DNA from: Octopus vulgaris
Lineage: Eukaryota
Length of the DNA: 64,000 nucleotides
Assembly: GCA_951406725.2 (NCBI GenBank)
Contig: OX597823.1
Span: forward strand, 97,960,001-98,024,000
Direction: 5' to 3'
Shown here: piece after piece, positions 12,401-25,445 of the stretch
Layout: every line of letters starts with the position of its first letter
Numbering within the stretch: position 1 is the first letter of the stretch
Made by a program: the position numbers and the translations under genes
The notes under the pieces: generated by a model
Databases searched by the model: none
Told to the model about the DNA's origin: nothing
What the model saw: the letters and a program-made list of their open reading frames with translations, nothing else

Positions 12401-14150
12401 TTACTTTATTGAATTATCAAATAAATTCACATCACAAATGTCTTTACTTTTAGGGTGATAATTTAAAGTTGTATTTTTATAAATAACCCAGTGAAATTTC
12501 TAATTTAACAGCAAAGAAAATTGCTGGTCTGGATGGTGTAAAACAGTATTAGCTTGTCAAGAAATGAGAAAATAGATATGAAATACAGAATTTGTTTGTC
12601 TATTGTGAAAAAGAGTATGAAAGGAGAGAAAAAGTAGGCAAAATATAAAGTCTTTCATTTGTTAAACATTGCTGAAAAAAATTTTTTTTTCAATTGTTAA
12701 AATTATTAAAATATACTTTTTCTTATACCTCAAAACACCCCCAACATCATTGCCATATCTATTTATAAAAAAAAACTCCTGCAGACTATCTAAACTTTTT
12801 ATGATTTATTCAGTGTACATTTTTTTACCGCTATGGTATTTAACTTCAATATTTTCGTTTTGTTTTTGTGATATTTAAAACGATTTTCATTTTCATGTAA
12901 ATTAAATTTGAATATATTTTTTATTCTTTTTTCCTTACATATTGAAATGCGTGTGTGTGTGTGTTTTTTTATATATTTTTTTGTTTTTGTTTGTTTTTTT
13001 CTGTCTAATACAGTACATTCAATTTATTTTTGCAAAATAAAATATTCCGTTGTAAAATCAAGAAACCCAACATCCAAAATACTTTTTTTAAAAACATTTT
13101 TCGATATTTAATTTACCGATTTTAGCTAGTCATTTTGTTAACCTTTATTTGGACCCCTCTATGGAATCGGCTAAACTACAAACTTTCTAGGTTTAGTTTA
13201 GCAGCATGTTTTGTGGAATCTCAACACGGAAAACAATGGAATCACTGTATTTTGATTTCTTTCCTAACTGGACAAATCTGTTGTGTTGTGGTTCCATTTT
13301 CAGTGGCAGCTATTACAGATTACTAATTTTATATATATATATATATATATTCTTAGATGGGTCATATATTTTGTTATTCTTGAGTAATTCTTCAAACATA
13401 CAGCTTGAAGAAGTGTGTTTCAGTGGTCAGTAGCATACAAATCTAGCTTGTATCTCATTAACCTTTTTGAGAACAGGTATATTATTTATGGCATTTTTTT
13501 TTTTTTTATGGTTCGGATAGAACAGCTGAATGTCACAGGTACATCTATTTGCAATGAATTGTTTAGTTGCCACAACAATCATTTATTAGAATTGAAACAG
13601 TAAAAAGCTGTTCTTGTGCAAGACTTGATCAATATAATCTGTCCTTAAATTGCTTAATACAATATTGTGTACGGAAATGAAGAAGAACATATTTTTATCA
13701 ATCATTCAATTTCTATTGAATTTTATCTGTATGAAACTTCAGTTATATGGTATTAAAAAATTATAATAAACTCATGAAGATTGTCTGGGGCTTTTTCTTT
13801 TTTGTTATTTTCTTTTTTTTCTCAGTGTTTTATATTTCAGTTATATAATTTGAACTCTAGTTTTTAACCACCAAATAGAGACTTAGCTACAAAAGCTAAG
13901 TCTTCCTGTATTACAGTGTAGTAATGAGAACCTGAAATCGACATTGATGTCTAGTAAGAAATTTGGATTGATAGCATAGAGTCTCTTCAGTATAACAAAA
14001 TTAGGTAGAATGACAGCTTTGTCTAATTGCTAGAGTATTGGAATTTTCAATCCTTTAACTACAGAAAGCAGATATATCCACTCAAAACTTCATTACCGTT
14101 AACTGCAGAAAGCAGATTATACATCACTATCTTTTGTTGAGAAAAGTCAT

Positions 14151-14253
14151 GTTTACTCTTTACTCTCTTTTACTTGTTTCAGTCATTTGACTGTGGCCAT
14201 GCTGGAGCACCGCCTTTAGTCGAGCAAATCGACCCCAGGACTTATTCTTTGTA
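14151..14253 (-). mobile_element. SINE family B, 3' fragment
   Basis: GTTTCAGTCATTTGACTGTGGCCATGCTGGAGCACC is the reverse complement of the family B tail at 47120-47165. Confidence 0.8.
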
Positions 14254-15273
14254 AAACTCCAGAAGAAAACCATAACTTTCAGATAGGGACCATCGGACTC
14301 TTACGCAAATTGTTAGAAAGTACAGCTCCCAAAATTACTGCAGAGCTTAATGACCACCTCGAGAACCCAGTTTCCACAAAATCTGTTCGCCAGGAGCTGT
14401 ACAAAGCTGGATTTCACAGGAGGGCTGCAATCAGAAAACCACTACTTTCAAAAACAAACGTTGCAAAACGTTTAGAGTGGAATAAAAACCTACAGAATTG
14501 GTCACTAGATCAGTAGAAGAATGTTATTTTCTTGGACAAGTCATCCTTTACCTTATTTCTGACCACCAGCTGAATATACATGTGGAGATAGCCAAAAGAA
14601 GCATTTCACCCAGCCTACTTTCTTCCAACTGTTAAACACAGAGAAGGATCTGTGATGATCTGGTGGGGGGTGGGGGCTATATCTTGATAATCCACTGGCC
14701 CAATGGCTTTCCTTCATGGTAGAATTAATAGTCAAGACTATTTAAGCATTTTATCTGATCAAATTCATCCTGATGACCTGGAGGGCTATATCTTGGAAAT
14801 TCGCCGGCCCAATGTTTTCCCTTCATGGCAGAATTGATAGTCAAGACTATTTAGGCATTTTATCTGATCAAATTCATCCTATGGTTGCAGAACAGTTTCC
14901 GGAGGGAAAAGCAATCTTTCAGGATGATAATGCACCAATTCACACAGCTAAAGTTGTTACTGAATGGCACGAGGAACATTCTAGTGAAGTTGAACATCTT
15001 ATCTGGCTACCACAGTCCCCAGATCTCAATATTATTGAACATTTATGGTGCATTTTAGAAAAACAAGTAAGGAGTCAATATCCTCCACCATCATCACTAC
15101 AAGAACTGGAGACTGTTTTAGCTGAAGAATGGACAAAAATTCCTTTGGAAACAACTCAAACTTTGTACCTCATAGAATTTAAGCTGTAATTACTGCCAAA
15201 AGCTATCCTACCCCATATTAAAATAAATTTGTTAGAAATTTTAAGGTGTTTCCATTATTTTGTCCAACCCCTG
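14254..15273 (+). mobile_element. Tc1-like (DD34E-type) transposon relic, 5'-truncated
   Basis: Fragments AAIRKPLLSK...RLEW and FQDDNAPIHTAK...WLPQSPDLNIIEHLW. Right end ...TTTTGTCCAACCCCTG|TA. Stops plus an internal duplication. Confidence 0.88.
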
Positions 15274-15575
15274 TAATTCAAGAAATGCAAAACATAATTT
15301 GAAAATCTAACATGCCTGATCACATAATGATTAGCATATCATGGTAAAGAATACGTCCCTACAGATTAGTCATTTGGTGAGATATATGAAAGACATGTGC
15401 AGGGAAAAGTGATTTAAATCACTTATTTAATGCATGCCTTGGAATTACATTTTAAAATTTTCAAATTAAACCGATGCTTAAATGATGTGAACCATGCTGG
15501 TAGGGAGCCACTGGTTGCAAAATGTTGTGTATTTTGTGGGATAATATTATGTCAATAATAAAATGGTTCAATACC

Positions 15576-15797
15576 TATTTCTTTATTACCCACAAGGGGC
15601 TAAACACAGAGGGGACAGACAAACGGATTAAGTCGATTATATCGACCCCAGTGCATAACTGGTACTTAATTTATCAACCCCAAAAGGATGAAAGGCAAGG
15701 TCGACTTCAGCGGAATTTGAACTCAGAACGTAACGGCAGACAAAATACCGCTAAGCATTTCGCCTGGTGTGCTAACGATTCTGCCAGCTTGCCGCCT
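15576..15797 (-). mobile_element. SINE family A with 12-bp TSD
   Basis: Full family sequence on minus. TSD TGGTTCAATACC at 15564-15575 and 15798-15809. Confidence 0.87.
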
Positions 15798-16151
15798 TGG
15801 TTCAATACCATCGTCAATAAATAACACTGGAAATATACTGAATTTGAGATTATGCGCTTTCATATTTCTGTTACCTACTTAGTTGTCCAAAAGGCTTTAC
15901 TCCTTACAAACACCACCCTCCTCGTCAGCAACTATATCAGAATTATTCAGTTTTTCATGAAAATCTCTTGCATTTTGCCAATTTTAGCGTATTAAAAAAA
16001 TGGACAACATACACACACAATGCATGTATGTATGTATCATTATCATCATTTAATGTCCATCATCCAAGCTGACATGGGTTGGACAGTTTGACAGGAGCTG
16101 GCAAGCCAGAGGACAGCACCAAGCTCAACTGTCAGCTTTGATATGGTTTCT

Positions 16152-16382
16152 TATCTCTTTACTGCCCACAAGGGGCTACACACAGAGGGGACAAACAAGG
16201 ACAGACAAATGGATTAAGTCAATTATATCGACCCCAGTGCATAACTGGTACTTATTTAATCGACCCCGAAAGGATGAAAGGCAAAGTCAACCTCGGCGGA
16301 ATTTGAACTCAGAACATAGCGGCAGAGGAGATACTGCTAAGCATTTCGCCCGGCGTGCTAATGTTTCTGCCAGCTCGATGTC
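16152..16382 (-). mobile_element. SINE family A with 14-bp TSD, nested in an older RTE tail
   Basis: TSD TTGATATGGTTTCT at 16138-16151 and 16383-16396. Flanks rejoin into an RTE-tail sequence starting near 16040. Confidence 0.87.
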
Positions 16383-16699
16383 TTGATATGGTTTCTGTCA
16401 CTAGATGCCCTTCCGAATGCTAACTGCTTCACAGGATGAACTGAGTGCTTTTTACATGATAGCATGAATGGGGTCACCAAGTACATTGCAAGACAAATAT
16501 CCTTTGACTGGAAGGACAAGGAGGAGTACTGAGGGAGGTGGCTTTGTGCCAGTTGATGAGAGGTTTATAAGTGTAATAGAGGGATAACGATATGTGTCAT
16601 GCTGTAGAAGAGATACATGGCTACTCCAGTTGGAAAAGAAAGTCAGACGAGGAGAGAGATGGTGGTGGAAATATGTCAGGACATACCTTCAAAGAGTAG

Positions 16700-16950
16700 T
16701 ACACTCTCTTTTTACCCTTTTACTTGTTTCAGTCGTTTGACTGTGGCCATGCTGGAGTACCGCCATCAGTCGAGCAAATCGACACCAGGACTTATTCTTT
16801 GGAAGCCTAGTACTTATTCTATCAGTCTCTTTTGCTGAACCACTAAATTACGGGGATGTAAACACACCAGCATCGGTTGTCAAGTGATGTTGGGGGGACA
16901 AACACATACACACATATATACGACGGGCTTCTTTCAGTTTCCGTCTACCA
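16700..16950 (-). mobile_element. SINE family B, 3' half
   Basis: Reverse complement of about 46840-47170. Confidence 0.8.
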
Positions 16951-17638
16951 TACATAAAATTTTATTGGAAAAAGCCCTATTAAATAAAGCCTCACTGCAC
17001 AAAAATTGTCTCCGCTTCCAAAGAAAGCAAAAAGATACAATTACTAATATCAGAAATTAGAATTTCAAAGATTAACCCTTTTGTTACCAGTTTTCGTCTA
17101 TCAAATCCACCAACGAACTGTGGTCATCCCAGAGCAATAGTAGAAGTTACTTGCCAAAGGTGTTACACAGTAGTACTGAACCCGAAAGCCGGTGGTTGGG
17201 AAGCAGACTTACCACACAGCCATGCCTGTGCCTCTTTAAAGAAAATATTTTCAACATGTTTACCCAAGTTCAATTGGGTCATGAAAGATTCCAGTTTAGC
17301 TGTATTAAAAATAAAATGAAGTACTTTACAATGTGTGATTCTCTGTTAGGGTGGATCTTATTGTTTAGAAATATGTTTTAAGCTGTGTCTTTCGGAAGAA
17401 CTTTTTTATTTTATTCCAAGACTCACGTGCATCAAATAATGACTGAAATTATTAAGTTCCTGCAAGCACAATTCTAAATATTCACTATTTCTTTTACAAT
17501 TTTCTTTCGTGTGTTCCTCCTCGTGGCTGGCCTTCAGACAATCTATTTTTTATAAAGTTTACTTCTTTGAATTATCTCCCCTGCACTACTTGGCAAAATA
17601 GCTCACCCACATAATTACAGCCACCCGAACTTTTTAAA

Positions 17639-18009
17639 TCTCTCTCTATATATAAAGCTGAAGTTGTCTGTGTATGGCAGGTTTGGTAGCCTTCAACTAA
17701 CACTATTTCCTGCGAGACCCTGCAGCGCAAGTTGACCAAAATTGAGAGTATGATAGAAGAAGGCTTGCTATTCCTTCTGTAGAAGAAAAAATTCAGATCG
17801 GACCATGATGACACCAAAAATTATTTACATCAAACAGGTGCTTTTTTTCTATGAAAATCCCTATTTTTGACATTTTTCGGTGTATTTCAACCAGAAAAAT
17901 GTTCACTTAAAGAGAATAACAAGCTACATAATGCAAAATTTTTACTTTTCAAAAATTCCAATTCTAAAGGGTCAAAACAAACCCGAGCAACGCCGGGTGA
18001 TACTGCTAG
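17639..18009 (+). mobile_element. Non-autonomous Helitron (371 bp)
   Basis: A|TC start, subterminal hairpin ACCCGAGCAACGCCGGGT (17981-17998), CTAG|T end, no TSD. Confidence 0.8.
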
Positions 18010-18592
18010 TATAAATTAATTTTAAACGATTCTACTCCATTCTTACTTTCCTACTTTTCTATCTCACATTCTTTCCCTCTGAACATCGGAATATTTTTAA
18101 ACAAATTTTCCTTAACACAATCACACATAATTCCTATTCTTCCTTCTTTTCTCTCTCTTCTGTAACCAGTATAATACCACCCGACTTTCATTTATTATTC
18201 CTTCCATATATATTGCATACAATAAAAAGGGCAGCAAGCTAGCAAATTGATTACCATATTGGAGAAAATGCTTACCGAAATTTCTTCCCGTTTTACGTTC
18301 TACTTTGCCTTCCATACTTTGTTTTTACTGTTTTGTTCTTACTATCCTGTTTTTGTTACGACTTTAACCCTCTGCAAAAAATCCCAAATTTTATTTAATT
18401 TGCTTTGCAGTAAGGACTGTTTTAATGAAGTCACATCTTGCCCCTACCTTCGAAACATGGAGTAGGTAAAACAGGGGACAACTGATGAAGGGAATGTTCT
18501 TTATGTTGCCTGTCTCGTTTCTCTATTTGTTTCTTTCTTTGTTTGAAAAAAAGTTCGTTTTCTATGTTTTCTATGGACAGCTGATGGATATA

Positions 18593-19810
18593 TAGGGTCA
18601 CCCCATAAATAATGCATTGTTTTTTATACCTCTTTTATATTTCAAATTTAAGATAAACAAAGTTGTTTTTTTAATCTAAAATATACACTCCTCCATTTTC
18701 TACAATGCTCTTCCATCTGTCTGGGTAGTCTTGCAAATCCCCTCTTCTACAATTCACTTCTCCATGATGAAAAATACTCCTCCAGTACTGTTTTGACATT
18801 GTCTACAGAATTTATATTTTTTCCGTCCAAATGATTTTGAAGACTGTGGAATAAATGATAATCAGAAGGAGCAATGTTTGGTGAATATGGTGAGTGGGCA
18901 TCATTTCCCACTCATACTGTTCCAGCCTTTGGAACATTATCACCACTGTATGTGGCTGATCATAATCCTAAAGGAAGAACATCTTTTGTCTTGAAACCAA
19001 AGATGGTCATTTTCCTTCTCGCACTGACTTAAGCTGCTCACAGTAGATCTCTTTTGTTATCGTTTGGTTTGGGTTTAAAAGTTCAAAGTGGACTAAACCT
19101 TTCATATCCCACCAAACAGATAACAACACTTTATGTGGGTGAAGACCTTCTTTAGCCTGGAGTGCCAGTGATTCTCTTTTTCCTACCCACTGTCTTTGGC
19201 ACTTGACATTTTTATTAGAGAACTCATTTCTCATCACCAGTCACTATTCGGTCCAAAAAAGGTTCATTCATCAGGCGCGGCAGCAAAGAAGAGCACACAT
19301 TCACTCTTTGTGTGCAATTAGACTCAGAAAGTTTGTAAGGAGCCCATTGACCTAATTTGCTGACTTTTCCGATGGCACGCAGGTGTCAATGAATGGTTGA
19401 ATGACCAAATCCAAGCTTCTCTGCTAGTTCCTCAATTTACGATGGGATTTTGTTCCACCAGAGTTTGTAGGATGTCCTCATTGAGCTCTACAGATCTTCT
19501 AGGACAAGGCTTGTCTTCTAGGCTGTAGTTTCTGGCTCAGAATTTCTGGAACCACTATTGGCACTGCTTACACATTGTCCGATCCCCTTATACTGCATTA
19601 ATATTTATGCTGTTGCTTTTATTGAACTCATAAAACAAAATATGCTGAATATACTCCTTTGTCACTTCCATTATAGTTTTGAAAAAATAACTGTTAAAAT
19701 CAAACTGCACTCTTCAAAATTTGCACTTTGATGCAAGTAGTTTATCCCATCCCTCTCCAACTTTTAGTTCATGCAATTGAAAAAACTGCATTATTTATGG
19801 AACGACCCAA
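18593..19810 (-). mobile_element. Near-full-length mariner (DD34D-type) with disrupted transposase
   Basis: TA TSDs. TIRs TAGGGTCACCCCATAAATAATGCA and reverse complement TTGGGTCGTTCCATAAATAATGCA. Minus-strand LHPHKVLLSVWWDMKGLVHFELL and HSPYSPNIAPSDYHLF. Confidence 0.9.
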
Positions 19811-21259
19811 TATAAATGGATACTCATTCTATTGACCATACGGAAATGAAAAGCTAAAGCAAGAACCATGTGGTGGTTTGAAATGAGAAATGCCATGCAA
19901 CTAACTAAACTAAAACTGAAACATGTCCATCGCTGTAACCAATCACATTTCCCCTAACCATGTTAATTTGTTTTACAAAATGAATTCTTAATTTCTTCAA
20001 ATTATCTACCCTCTTATTCAAGAGTCGCTATCAATTTACTGTTTAATCTTTTTCCTCCAATTAAATGGCAAATTTTGAGGGGTTTTTTTTTTTTTTGTGT
20101 GTTATTCAGTACATTTAATCTTAATTTACTTATGCTTCTGATAACTCCGATAAAAATAAAACACAATACATTTTTCAAGATACTGAAACATTAGTATGGA
20201 TTTTATTCTGGAACATTAAATTATAAACATTATCATCATTTAACATCCATTTTCCATGCTGGCATAGGTTAGACAATTTGACTGGAGCTGGTAAGCCAGA
20301 GAGCTGCACCAGGCTCCAGTCAATTTTGGTCTGGTTTCTACAGCTGGATGCTCTTCCTAAAGCCAACCACTTCAAGAGTGTTGTGTCTTTTACATGTCAC
20401 AGGCACAGGTGCCTACAAATTTTCAGAGCATGTTGATAACCTTTGTGGTATTCTGTCTGACACCGTACCACTGTACCAATTTATCGTATAAATTACCATG
20501 TTTAATAAAACTAAATGGTTTTAAACTTGTCCAGAAGTCTGGCAGAGAAAGAATTTTTATACAGATGCAAACCTATTGTTTTCTCATTAATAAGCAGGTG
20601 AGGGAGATTTCACCATTTTTTTTTTTTTTAGTTGGGGGAGGTACTGGTGTTTTGTTTAATAATCACCAGTGCAGATCGAAGATTGTTAGATTAGTGTTTT
20701 GGAATTACATCAGTCAATATAAGCCCACTTGTCATGTTTCGTTGAATCTTATCAAATGATATGTATATCGGGATTTGTGCTATTAAACGTAGAGATGATC
20801 TTGATAGCCACATCTAAAGCAATAAGTATGCTACAAAGTAAATCTATTGGAATATGTGCGTCTGCTGAAAATCATACGGATCCACTTTTCCTATGTATGT
20901 GTGTCTATAGCAGCGTTATTCAATATAATTTTAAAAAATATTATATGACCTACAATTGAAACTATGCGTATTTATGTATGCGTCAAATATTTAAATAGCA
21001 ATTTCTTAGACTTCAGGAGAATACAAAACAATTCTCTTTTTGAAATGTTGGATGTTGAAGCAAATAAGCTAAAAACAATATTGGATTAAAAAAGCACTTT
21101 AGATACAAATAGTCAGCCTTTTCTAACCCAATATTTACATGCTATTATTTTATAGCTTATCTACTTCAAGATCCAACGTTTCAAAACAATATATAAATGT
21201 CATATTGTAAGAGAAGAGTTATTTTAAAAGAATCAAGTGTTAAAGTAAGGCTGAAGCAC

Positions 21260-21600
21260 ACAGAACTACGCCATATTGTTTCGAGCAGGAAATGACCGAC
21301 AGTCAGGCAAACAGAAGAGAGTCAAGTGAGAGAGAGAGGGGGGAGAGAAAGAGAGAGAGAAAGTCAAGTGAGAGGGAGAGAAAGAGTGAGAGAGAAAGAA
21401 AGAAGGAAGTCAAGTCAGAAAGAGAGAGGGAGAGAGAGAGAGAGAAAGAAAGAGAGAAAGTCAAGTGAGAGAGAGAGAAAGATAAGAGAGCAGCAAGTAA
21501 ATTACCTCTCTTCCGGTCCATCCATCTCACTTTTATTCTCTACGTAAGTATTATTACGTAGTCTTACTTCCTCTTCCGTCCACCCCGCTGCATCATTCTC
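21260..21600. promoter_or_regulatory. Candidate promoter / non-coding first exon upstream of the Ras gene
   Basis: Cluster of CGCCATATTG (YY1-like), CAGGAAAT and CTTCCGG (ETS-like), GAACTAC, a GA-rich tract and a donor TAC|GTAAGT at 21544, about 1 kb before the ATG. Confidence 0.45.
21312..21490. repeat. GA-rich compound repeat with recurring AGTCAAGT unit
   Basis: Four AGTCAAGT(G/C)AG motifs embedded in degenerate (GA)n. Confidence 0.85.
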
Positions 21601-22482
21601 CTCTTCCTCCTCCTCTTTTCTTTTCTTTCTAATGTATTTCTCTTATCTTGTTTAATTGCTTTCACTCACTAGAAGTATTTAAAATTTTTCACCAGATCTT
21701 TTATTTTAATTTCTACACTGATGGAACTTTATTTTTAATTTCTAGAAAAAATAAATAAATAAATAGAATGCGATTTTCGTCATAAGCATACAGAACTACA
21801 CTCTCTGAAAAATAAATCTTGTGGAAATTTGAAATAAGTGGTTGAAAGAAATTTTAAAAGATCTTATTTTTCAGTTTACAGTATATTTACTTCTAATCTT
21901 TCTGAAGCTGCTTCTACAAACTTTCGTAGGCAGCATCTCTCTTTTCCATTTAATAAATACCAATTTTTCATTTATTCATTTTTCTTTTTTTCTATCCCCC
22001 ACTCCTATTCGATAACTTTACTTTCACTCTAACTTTCTTATGCTTTTTATCGCTTACTTTTCTTCCCCCTCTGGTCTTATATTTTACTCTCTCGATTCTC
22101 TCTCCAAATGCCCACTACCACTTGAACTTTCTTAAGCTTTTTATATCTTTTTCTTCCTTTCTCCCTCCCATTAAATATTTTAGTCACTCCATTTATATCT
22201 TGCTTTCCCTCCACCCTCTACCACTTTTACTGTCAACGACACCGGCACCGACATTGTTATTCCTTTCATCTGTGCGCTTCCTCTCCTCATCCTTTCTCCT
22301 TTAATCTCCCTCCTACCTCTTCTGCCACCACTGACGCTGCTGCTGCTGCCGTTCACTGACGCGCACACACACATATACATACACACACACACACGCAAAC
22401 ATAAACACGCGTACACACATATACAGAGAGACCCCAAACCAGCACTGGCCAGGGCGGCGGAGGTGCTCGATTTCCACCAGAA

Positions 22483-22587
22483 ATGTCTCGCTGTGCTGAC
22501 ACAAACAGCTCCAGTAATACCTATAAGTTGGTAGTCGTTGGTGGAGGTGGCGTTGGGAAAAGTGCCTTGACAATTCAATTTATCCAG
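22483..22587 (+). CDS. RRAS2: R-Ras2/Ras64B-like small GTPase, first coding exon
   Basis: [35 protein letters not shown] then phase-0 donor CAG|GTAAGA. The G1 box GGGGVGKS with IQFIQ fits the R-Ras subfamily (H/K/N-Ras read GAGGVGKS..QLIQ; M-Ras reads GDGGVGKS..QFFQ). No exon 2 found in the window. Confidence 0.88.
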
Positions 22588-24077
22588 GTAAGATTCAAAA
22601 TACCCATCCTTGTCGTTTCATTTCCCCCGTCTTGTGTTCTATAACTACCATCATCAGCACACCACCATATCACTCCAAACTGCCACTGTTGTTGCTGCTG
22701 CTCGGCCTAGAATTAGCACTAGCAGCTAGTCTAGACAAGACTACTGCTACTAGTGTTCCCTAAGTACCCTTTGTTTAATTAGACTCTCTTTTAATTTACC
22801 TTTTAGGTTTTTGTCATCTTGGAAGGGTTCTGTTTTTCTTGATTTTTGGTAAATTCCCCATTTGCCAGGCAACGGAAGTTTTTAAACCGATTCCAAGTCT
22901 CCTGCAAATGGCCTCTATCTTTCTCTCATTCTCTTTTTTCCCCCACTTCTCGAAAATGAAAGGGGAGGAGTACTGAAAATCGGAAAAGTGTAGTCAGAAA
23001 TCGTTGATCAAAGCTACCGATATAACATATACATGTCTTTCTAAAATGACAATACATCACTAGGACATTTTTCTCTTCGAAAACACGAGCATCTAATTTA
23101 TTGATGGTTGTAATGTTTCTAAGTGCACACATGGTTGTTTAAAAACGTCTTGTTTAAATAAAATTGTAGATTTTTCGAAGCCCCTTTTTTTCTTAAATTC
23201 TAATCGCCTTTCTCTGTGTCCTCCCCCCCCTCTCACTGCCCTTTTCAAAAATTACCGCATCTTATCAACTGCAATGTCTATCTTTCGGCTGGCTAGGTGG
23301 ACGGGTGGGGTTCGCTCCCTCCCGACACGTCTCTTTATCTTCCGATTTCTCCATCATTAACTGTCCTCTGTCCACATTGAGTCATAATGCCAGTGGAACA
23401 AATTATAAATAATAACCAGCAACACGATTGCCTACCACTATGAAGTCTATAAAAACAACTGAGCTAGACATATATATATATGTGTGTGTGTGTGTGATCT
23501 TTCATTTTCCCATCGTGTCAAAGCCTCTAGTGATATTAATCGATTGTTGACGCTAATGTGCCGATTGATAAGGTCACTTTATTAATTGACATCTACTAAT
23601 TACTTGCTAAACTCCGTCCCTTCATTGTACCTTCTTTTGCGACTCAGCCGATTTCTTCTTTTGTAGCTTTCTTTCAGCTAGCGTTATATATATTTATATA
23701 ATGCATATATATTTATATAATATATATATTTATATAATGCATATATATTTATATAATATATATATATATTTATATAATATATATACACATATTTATATAC
23801 ATACACGGGCAATTAATAAGAATAACTTGATGAATCTAACTCCAAGATTCACTGGTATTGACTATTCTAGTTGGGATTGTATTTCATTGCTTACACACCC
23901 TCTCGAAGCAAGCTGGGTGTAGTTTACATAGGATCGTTGTCAAATCTCATTAGATTTTTTTTCTTCACATACAAGCTCTGATGTTGAAAGCTTGTCATGG
24001 AAGTCCATAGTGACCGAAGTTTGTTATATTATTTATACATCCTTTTTTACCAAAGGAAGAAGCAATAAAACGTAGAG

Positions 24078-24101
24078 TATCTCTCTCTCTCCCTCTCTTT
24101 A

Positions 24102-24191
<90 letters not shown>

Positions 24192-24192
24192 C
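24078..24192. repeat. (CT)n-(AT)n compound microsatellite
   Basis: Direct reading. Confidence 0.95.
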
Positions 24193-24340
24193 ATACCGTG
24201 TCCTGTTCAACTTCATGGGTGACTGGGTAGAACAGCATTATTCCCAACAGTCTATGTTAACTAGCAAAGCTAATATTGTATAATTAAGCGTTGGTATTGT
24301 TTAATTCTAGTAGTTCTTCGATGGAGGAAATAAGTACTAC

Positions 24341-24389
<49 letters not shown>

Positions 24390-25445
24390 TAATCAGGAAG
24401 ATAATTAAAGAATATATATCCTTGTCATTAGCTACTAACTTGTAAGAAAGTTTATTCTTATACTCCGAGGATTTGTTAGATGCTTATAACTGAAAACAAA
24501 AATAATTCTTACAAGAAATACGGTCTCAAAACATTGTGATTCTTATTTATATTTTCTATTCAAGGTTGAAGAAGTCATGTTAGTTTTTGGATTTATTTTC
24601 TTGGGGACATAAGCTGTAGCATGTTCTTCCTTAAACATAAATGCTTTATTTTATTTGCGAAATACGTTATGGAGATTAGTTTGATAGAAGCCTATGTTTG
24701 AAAATATATACACTCTGATAGTTATCCAGTGCAGAGAGGAGTTAAGAAAGCTTCTAAGATTATCTTCATGCAGCTTTCGATCGTTAATCGATCCTCCAGT
24801 CATATTTTGTCCTCTATTTCCACTTGATTTCGTTTAGCTGATCATCTTGTTCGATGGATAACCGAACTGATTGACTTTCGCTTCTGAAGCGACTAATTCT
24901 TTGACTGTTAGAAACCTGGACTCGCATCTGCCTCTTATTAAACAACAATATTATCAGTTCGTTGTTAAATCAATTTCGTGGTGTTCCTTTGAAAAAATGA
25001 TTATTAAATACGATTGAGCTTTTCTGACTGTCGTGGACCACAAAGCTCATTTGTTTTCCGTAGTGTAAACTTTCAGATTATGATACCACGATTTTTAATT
25101 GTTTCTGTGCAAAACCTGTCAGCTTCCATTATTTCTGTGATTTATTCATAACCAAAGCACTGGCTTTCACCATCACAAACCATCCATCCCAGACAGAAGT
25201 GTATGTCTTAACTCTTAACTAATTGTAAGGGCTTTGCTGGCCTGTGAGCCCTTTTAGCTGCGAATAATTAATAAAAGAGGGAAACAATTATTGTAGCTCA
25301 AACTTGAGTGCTAAAATATTTACCAATTACTATTGTTAGCTTCCTCAGCTGTTTTAGATCGCTGATTTTTTTATTCAATTCTTCCAATTAAAAAAAAAGC
25401 GCTTTCTGTTGATTTGCGAGCGTGTATGTGTGTGTATATACTAAG

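Noticed and set aside
22180-22578. Minus-strand ORFs of 132 and 86 aa
   Set aside because: Antisense to the Ras exon and its repeat-containing leader, with no recognisable protein features.
24800-24841. Apparent Ras exon 2 (cag|TCATATTTTGTC = SYFV)
   Set aside because: It continues LYFHLISFS then stops, with no effector motif YDPTIED. Treated as coincidence.
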